The notes below the pieces were generated by a model. It searched no databases. It was not told the DNA's origin and was given only the letters and a program-made list of their open reading frames with translations. The position numbers were made by a program, and so were the translations under genes. DNA of 61,646 nucleotides from Chloroflexota bacterium (lineage in GTDB: Bacteria; Chloroflexota; Limnocylindria; Limnocylindrales; CSP1-4). The first letter of the stretch is position 1, and each line of letters starts with the position of its first letter. The DNA lies in contig PMXQ01000089.1 in assembly GCA_003171065.1 (NCBI GenBank), positions 3,325-64,970 of the forward strand. The letters are read 5' to 3'. This document shows, piece by piece, positions 56,543-61,646 of this stretch.

Positions 56543-57747
56543 GCGGCCACTCCGGGTATCTGCAGCTGGCCGGTGACGGCCGCCGTTATCAACGCGTGGC
56601 GGCGCTCCTGGAGGAGATTCACCTGCTGGGCCTGCGCGGCGCGCAAGCTGTGCACTTGGGCTAGCTGCCACTCCAGGGCTTGGACTGTGGCACGCTGAAC
56701 CTGGACGTCTGGCGCCGGTACTCGAAGAGCCGAGAGGGACTCCGTGTTGAAGTGGGCCTGTAGTGCCCCGACGGACTCCTCGGCTATCTGCCCTCGCACG
56801 AAATGGGAGTTGAGCACCAGTTCCAGGAAACGCGGCAACAGGCGCGAGGTTCTGCGAACGATCAGCAGGTCGACGCAGTTGCCACCATCCAGCCATTCCG
56901 GCACAACGGCAGCTGCGCCTGCGTTCCCCGTTCTGACCACGATCACGTCGCCCGCGTGAAGCCTTGACTTGGCGTTGGCCTCGTTGGCCTCGTCGCTGAT
57001 GAAGGTGATGCCCTCGTCACTGACCTCCCCAGGTGACACGTTGAAGCCCCGGACACAAGGAGCACCAGAGTCCGCGTACAGCTCGGAGGGCCGCACCACG
57101 ATCCCTACCGTCGTTTCCGCGATCCACTTGATGGGCACCAATGGCCAATCCTGGCCTGTGATCGAGAGCGTGGCCAATGCCTCAGCGCGTTCGTCTAGGA
57201 GTCGTACCATCTGCTGCCGATCGGCAACCAGCTCGTCGATCCGCGCCGTCTCGGCGTCTAGGTAGTCCGCGATCGAACGTTGCAAGGCCAACGGCCACGA
57301 TGGAACCGCCAAAGCTGCAACGGCCTCCTGACGCAGACCGAACCTGGTAACGCCAGTTGCAGCAACCTCCAACTGAGATCGGCATCCACGAGATGACAAC
57401 GCCCAACGGAGGTACCTGCCGTCCACGTCGGATCTGGGCCGGATCAAGGCCAGGTGATAGCCGGAGACCACCCCAGGCAGGTTCACTCTCACGCAAGCAG
57501 AGACGCCGATGTCCTCAGCAGTTTCAGAGTCCTTGGTCAGAAGAACGTCACCCTGCTTCAGCTCGAAGTCCCGAACCTGCTCAACGGTCGCGGAAGCCTC
57601 CATGAACTCCAGTCCGGGGCCTATGTACTCGTTGTAGTAGACGTCCACGTAGTTGCAAATCTGAACGCGGACCTGACCGTCAACGGTCTTCTTGTCGACC
57701 GAGCTGAACCTCACTTCAGCCAGGTGTGCCAAGCGTCGATCTGTCAC
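56539..57747 (-). CDS. hsdS: Type I restriction-modification specificity subunit
   Basis: 402 aa. Two TRD halves are separated by conserved helical spacers (QRSIADYLDAETARIDELV; QRATVQALEWQLAQVHSL). The GTG start overlaps the hsdM stop. Confidence 0.85.
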   Translation of the reverse strand: MTDRRLAHLAEVRFSSVDKKTVDGQVRVQICNYVDVYYNEYIGPGLEFMEASATVEQVRDFELKQGDVLLTKDSETAEDIGVSACVRVNLPGVVSGYHLALIRPRSDVDGRYLRWALSSRGCRSQLEVAATGVTRFGLRQEAVAALAVPSWPLALQRSIADYLDAETARIDELVADRQQMVRLLDERAEALATLSITGQDWPLVPIKWIAETTVGIVVRPSELYADSGAPCVRGFNVSPGEVSDEGITFISDEANEANAKSRLHAGDVIVVRTGNAGAAAVVPEWLDGGNCVDLLIVRRTSRLLPRFLELVLNSHFVRGQIAEESVGALQAHFNTESLSALRVPAPDVQVQRATVQALEWQLAQVHSLRAAQAQQVNLLQERRHALITAAVTGQLQIPGVAA

Positions 57748-59741
57748 GCGGTCACCTCGCCAAGGAGCCGCTGGATCTCCTCCTCCAACGCCTTGATCTC
57801 CGCGTCGATCTCCGCGAGAGGCCGCGGCGGGACGTAGCGATAGAACTGGCGGGTGAGCGGGATCTCGTAGCCGGCCTTCGTCTTGGCGTGATCGACCCAG
57901 GCGTCGGGCACATACGGCAGGACTTCGGCCGCCATGTAGGCATCGACCGCTGATCGGTAAGGTGCGGTCGACAGTCGCTCCGTCGGATCAGGCTCGAAGC
58001 CGGACGTCGGACTGGGCAGCGGAACGTTCTCGTTGTCGCGTAGGTCCGGGTCGGGCTCGGGGTGGCCCTTCCGATCCGTGATGACCGGCGCTTCGGGTTC
58101 GCGAACGGAGATCGCCTCCCAGACGGCCTTCTCAATCGCCTTCGGTAGCGGGCCTAGCTTTCGAGCAACTGCCGTGCGATCGGTGGACGAGAAGCCAGCC
58201 AGGTGTTCGAGCAGTTCTACCAACGCGAGGCGCTCTGGCTCGGTCAGCTTCGTCCAACCCGGCGATGTCTGGATCGCCGGCAGCGTGTCCGCGGTGACCC
58301 CGTACCGCAACCGGAGCGGCCGCTCGACCGTGATGCGCTGGTAGCCAAACGATTCGTTGGGCAGGATCTTGACGCGCTCGCCCTCCTCGAAGTCGCCATA
58401 CAGGCGGGTAATCTCGGCGATCTGCTCAAGGCTGATCTCGTTGCGCTTGTTGCCAAGGCTCTTGCGCATCTTCACGAAGGACTCGCGGGCATCAACGAGC
58501 TGGATCTTGCCGCGGCGCTCGGGGCGCTTGCGGTTGGTCACGATCCAGAAGTAGGTACTGATGCCGGTGTTGTAGAAGAGCTGATCTGGGAGCGCCACTA
58601 TGCCTTCGAGCCAATCGTTCTCGATGATCCACCGGCGGATCTCGCTCTCGCCCGAGCCCGCGGCGCCGGTAAAGAGCGGCGAGCCATTGAAGACGATCGC
58701 CAGGCGGCCACCGCCCTCGTCGGGGCGCTTAAGCTTGCTGATCATGTGCTGCAGGAACAGGAACGAGCCGTCGTTAATCCGAGGCGTGCCGGCGCCAAAG
58801 CGGCCGGCGAAGCCAAGCTTCTCGTGCTCAGCCTCGACCACGTCGGCGACCTTCTTCCACTCGACCCCGAATGGCGGATTGGCGAGCAGGTAGTCATACC
58901 GCTCGCCTGGGAAGGCGTCCTCGCTGAAGCTGTTGCCGAAATGGATGTTCGCGCCGGGCTGGTTCTTGAGCATCATGTCCGCCCGACAGACTGCGTACGT
59001 CTCGGCGTTGAGTTCCTGGCCGAATGCGATCAGCTGACCGTCTGGATTGTGGTCAGCCACGTACTCCTGGCTCACAGAAAGCATTCCGCCAGTCCCGCAC
59101 GCGGGATCGAGCATCGTCCGAACAATGCCCGGCGTGCGCAGGATGTCGTCGTCCTCGATGAACAGCAGGTCGACCATGAGGCGGATGACTTCGCGCGGCG
59201 TGAAGTGCTCGCCCGCCGTCTCGTTGCTCAGCTCGGAGAACTTGCGCAGCAGCTCCTCGTAGATGTAGCCCATCTCGACGTTGCTGACCTTGTCCGGGTG
59301 GAGGTCGACCTCGGTCACCTTGGAGAGGACGAGGTACAGCAACTTGGCGCGGTCGAGGCGACCGATCTGGGCGTCGAAGTCGAACTTCTCGATGACGTCG
59401 CGCGTCTCGGGGTCGAAGGCGGCGATCCAGGCGCGCAGATTGCCGGCAACCTGGGGCGGGTCCGCCAGGATGCGGTGAAGGGTAAGTGGGCTGGTGTTGT
59501 ACGCCTCGACGCCCGTCAGGGTCTTCAGGACGACGTTCCGCGCGTTATCGCTCTCTATCGCCTTGGCCCGCGCGAGCACCTGAGGCTTCGTGGGCTCAAG
59601 CACGCAGTCGAGGCGGCGTAGTAGGACCAGAGGCAGGATGACCTTCTGGTATTCAGCGCGCTTGTAGTCGCCGCGAAGCAGGTCAGCGATGGCCCAGATG
59701 AGCCCGGCGTGATTGTTGATTGCGGCTCTGACCTCAGCCAC
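57744..59741 (-). CDS. hsdM: Type I restriction-modification methyltransferase subunit
   Basis: 665 aa. HsdM N-terminal domain (LIWAIADLLRGDYKRAEYQKVILPLVLLRRLD), motif I MLDPACGTGGML and motif IV LLANPPFGVEW. Confidence 0.9.
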   Translation of the reverse strand: MAEVRAAINNHAGLIWAIADLLRGDYKRAEYQKVILPLVLLRRLDCVLEPTKPQVLARAKAIESDNARNVVLKTLTGVEAYNTSPLTLHRILADPPQVAGNLRAWIAAFDPETRDVIEKFDFDAQIGRLDRAKLLYLVLSKVTEVDLHPDKVSNVEMGYIYEELLRKFSELSNETAGEHFTPREVIRLMVDLLFIEDDDILRTPGIVRTMLDPACGTGGMLSVSQEYVADHNPDGQLIAFGQELNAETYAVCRADMMLKNQPGANIHFGNSFSEDAFPGERYDYLLANPPFGVEWKKVADVVEAEHEKLGFAGRFGAGTPRINDGSFLFLQHMISKLKRPDEGGGRLAIVFNGSPLFTGAAGSGESEIRRWIIENDWLEGIVALPDQLFYNTGISTYFWIVTNRKRPERRGKIQLVDARESFVKMRKSLGNKRNEISLEQIAEITRLYGDFEEGERVKILPNESFGYQRITVERPLRLRYGVTADTLPAIQTSPGWTKLTEPERLALVELLEHLAGFSSTDRTAVARKLGPLPKAIEKAVWEAISVREPEAPVITDRKGHPEPDPDLRDNENVPLPSPTSGFEPDPTERLSTAPYRSAVDAYMAAEVLPYVPDAWVDHAKTKAGYEIPLTRQFYRYVPPRPLAEIDAEIKALEEEIQRLLGEVTA

Positions 59742-60012
59742 TTACGACCCCCTGCGGTTGTCCTGTCGTGCTCGAAGGATAGCGCCCGCGTGCCGGGCTT
59801 CGGCCTCAATGACGCAGCGGGAGGCACTGGCGCGGACTTCGCGCTATCTCGCGGGGACTTCGCGCTCGCGGGACCGGGTGTCGTGGAGTTCAAGGCGTCG
59901 CCAGTCACGTCAGGGCCGGAGAAAGGATCGTTCCTGGCAAAGAGGCCCAGCAGTACGATCAGTTCGTCAGACGCGGAGCTATGCGTCGACTTCCACAGCT
60001 GAGGGTGGGGTC

Positions 60013-61314
60013 GTGGACTTCCCGAACGAAGGCAGCAGAACACTCGACGAAACGATCACGCTCATCGGCGCCCAGCCTCAGGTCTGGGTCCGGATCGGCG
60101 CATCCCTGCGCGAAGACGGCAAGTGGTATGCCCGACTCGCTGAGTTCACGAGCGGAGGCGCTCCGGCCGGTTGGAGCGTCAAGGAGTGGGCGTACCCGCA
60201 AGCTCTCTTCGCGGCCAGCATCGTGAGTGGCGAAGTCTTGGGCCAATGGCTCCGCAGTGCGGAAGCAAGTGTGGCCGGAAAGCAAGTCATTCTGCCTGCG
60301 CCCTACGGTCAGACTTCATGGGAACGCGAGCAAAGCCAAGCCCCAACTGGTTTCGAGAGACTTGCCTGGCCAATGACAGGGACGACGATCGCAATGGTGG
60401 AAAACCGATCGGAGCCGTCGGGACACCTAGTCTCGGCCGAAGATGCTCCATCCTTCATGCGCTTCTACAACGGAGCTGCGAGCTTCTTCACACTGGGTGA
60501 AGTCCGCGGCGGATCGCTCCCGCAGTCGATCGTCTACCGCCACCAGGATCAGATCGGCCGGATAGTGAGCGTCCGGGTCGCCGAAGAAGAGGTGAAGGTG
60601 CTCGTCGAGGGTCCCGAGATCGGCGGCATGATCATCGAGCTTGCTGGCGACTCTCCAGGGCTCGTCGATCGCATTCCTGAGAACCCCAGGGAGTCTCATG
60701 CGGCGGCTTTCGAGCTGACTGGCGGACTTCCCGCCGGTGCCTGGATCCTCCTGCGGCGAGGCTCGGATTGGGTGGACCGTCGTTTCCTCGCCCGATCGTG
60801 GATGACCACGTCCGAGGCGGGTGTCGAGTTCGTCGACGGGAGAACTCGGCTCGACGCTTTGGTCGCGGATCGAGAAGGGCAACGGGTGGAGTTCAAGCGC
60901 GAGGTTCCGAAGGAGGTCGCCGGCGTCATGAAGTCGGTGTGCGCCTTTGCGAACGGGGACGGAGGGTCCATCCTCTTTGGCGTCGATGACGAGCTGGGCG
61001 TTCCGGGGATTCAGAATGGCTCTATCGGCCGGATCCGAGATCAATTGCAGCAGCTGGTTGACTCGTGGGTACAGCCGACTCCGAAGATCACGTTCGACAT
61101 CCTCCCAACGGATCTGCCGGGCAAGAGCGTCCTGGAGATGCGAGTCGACTCCGGAGGGCATTTGTTCGGGTCGAGGACCAACGCCAGCACTAACGATTTC
61201 ACGCCATACATCAGGCACAACGCGATCTCCGTTCGTGCCAGGTTGCATGAGATCGAGCAGATCGTCGGGTCCAGGCCAGGCAGCGATCCCGGCAATAGGT
61301 ACGGGCTCCGGTAG
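60013..61314 (+). CDS. Protein with C-terminal AlbA_2 / Schlafen-like domain and unknown ~300-aa N-terminal region
   Basis: The C-terminus EGQRVEFKREVPKEVAGVMKSVCAFANGDGGSILFGVDDELGVPGI is a typical AlbA_2 (divergent AAA) signature. The start is uncertain: I chose GTG 60013, while the track start at 59713 overlaps hsdM and is Arg/Ser-rich. Confidence 0.6.
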   Translation: MDFPNEGSRTLDETITLIGAQPQVWVRIGASLREDGKWYARLAEFTSGGAPAGWSVKEWAYPQALFAASIVSGEVLGQWLRSAEASVAGKQVILPAPYGQTSWEREQSQAPTGFERLAWPMTGTTIAMVENRSEPSGHLVSAEDAPSFMRFYNGAASFFTLGEVRGGSLPQSIVYRHQDQIGRIVSVRVAEEEVKVLVEGPEIGGMIIELAGDSPGLVDRIPENPRESHAAAFELTGGLPAGAWILLRRGSDWVDRRFLARSWMTTSEAGVEFVDGRTRLDALVADREGQRVEFKREVPKEVAGVMKSVCAFANGDGGSILFGVDDELGVPGIQNGSIGRIRDQLQQLVDSWVQPTPKITFDILPTDLPGKSVLEMRVDSGGHLFGSRTNASTNDFTPYIRHNAISVRARLHEIEQIVGSRPGSDPGNRYGLR

Positions 61315-61448
61315 GGACCTCGGCCTCACGTCAGGCGGCAGTGGCCCGGCCTGCTCAGCCCGCGCCCAAGTGTGTCCCCTTCTCGCGAGGTTGCTCGCCT
61401 TCTTTCATTGGAATCGCAAGACTGAACTCCAAGCCTAAGCAGTCCGGC

Positions 61449-61646
61449 TCACACTGCGGCTTGCTCTTCGTCGGCGGCTTCGCGATGGGTACGGACGAAG
61501 TTGATGATGTGCTGCTCCGTGGCGGTGGTGAGGTCCAACCCGGCCCCTCGGAACCAGCTGACCGATCGCGCCAGGGCACGGAGACGGTCGTACTCCGGCG
61601 CCGGGATCACCGCGACAGCCAGATGACCTCCGGCGACGATCGTTCG
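61449..61646 (-). CDS. Partial (5-prime truncated by the window edge) Phd/YefM-like antitoxin candidate
   Basis: My hand translation of the minus strand gives ...TIVAGGHLAVAVIPAPEYDRLRALARSVSWFRGAGLDLTTATEQHIINFVRTHREAADEEQAAV*, with the stop at 61449-61451. The (V/I)xPxEYxRL pattern resembles Phd/YefM antitoxins. Confidence 0.35.
   Translation of the reverse strand, partial: RTIVAGGHLAVAVIPAPEYDRLRALARSVSWFRGAGLDLTTATEQHIINFVRTHREAADEEQAAV

Noticed and set aside
41922-59621. Long antisense ORFs: 41922-42830, 43647-44693, 54218-55069, 55124-55714, 55736-56698 and 58203-59621
   Set aside because: Each lies opposite a gene with strong family motifs (Cys-rich gene, hipA, hsdR, hsdM) and has a low-complexity Arg/Gly/Asp/Leu-rich composition without motifs.
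59713-60012. Track start of the AlbA_2-domain ORF at 59713
   Set aside because: It would overlap the hsdM 5-prime end, and it encodes an Arg/Ser-rich, low-complexity 100 aa. A later start (GTG 60013 or further downstream) is more plausible, though unproven.
61355-61579. 74-aa minus-strand ORF near the right edge
   Set aside because: It overlaps, in a different frame, the more protein-like Phd/YefM-type reading frame (61449-61646) and is Ser/Pro-rich without motifs.
34440-61646. Right-hand 27 kb as a prophage or ICE
   Set aside because: I recognised no integrase, recombinase, capsid, terminase, portal, tail, relaxase or T4SS genes. The content is defence and TA genes only. It is better described as a defence island of unknown mobility.

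Overview
High-GC bacterial chromosomal segment (judged by eye, not computed). It looks actinobacterial in style: a UvrD2-type helicase with a C-terminal HRDC domain, frequent GTG starts and 4-nt start/stop overlaps. Left part (1-12.8 kb): a full nickel-pincer-nucleotide cofactor set (larE, larB, larC) and a LarA-like enzyme, interleaved with sugar-acid genes (SDR, IolB-type cupin, gluconokinase). These are followed by a visibly lower-GC GH65 phosphorylase / beta-phosphoglucomutase pair, uvrD2 and a Nudix gene. Middle (13-34 kb): exported proteins and lipoproteins, an NRAMP transporter, a csbD-DUF1269-PRC-barrel stress operon, a HEAT-repeat protein, a serine hydrolase, two TetR-linked modules (ABC-2 exporter; DoxX-LUD-quinone oxidoreductase) and an internally deleted rifampin-phosphotransferase/PEP-synthase-like remnant. 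At least four direct copies of a tRNA-3-prime-end-like sequence punctuate this part and bracket gene cassettes. Right part (34.4-61.6 kb) is a defence island. It holds a 1994-aa Avs/STAND-type NTPase with a DUF4297/Cap4-type nuclease head, hipBA, and a ~15-kb co-directional array. That array runs hsdM-hsdS-hsdR, a methyltransferase-TRD fusion, an unknown 537-aa protein translationally coupled to an 839-aa PLD-family protein, a NERD protein and a HEPN protein. A Schlafen/AlbA_2-domain protein follows on the opposite strand. The MTase / unknown / PLD trio (47.1-53.5 kb) matches no named defence system I can recall, and it is my best candidate for an undescribed system. I recognised no rRNA, intact tRNA, CRISPR array, transposase or integrase. 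All calls come from reading the translations and sequence by eye; no searches were run.
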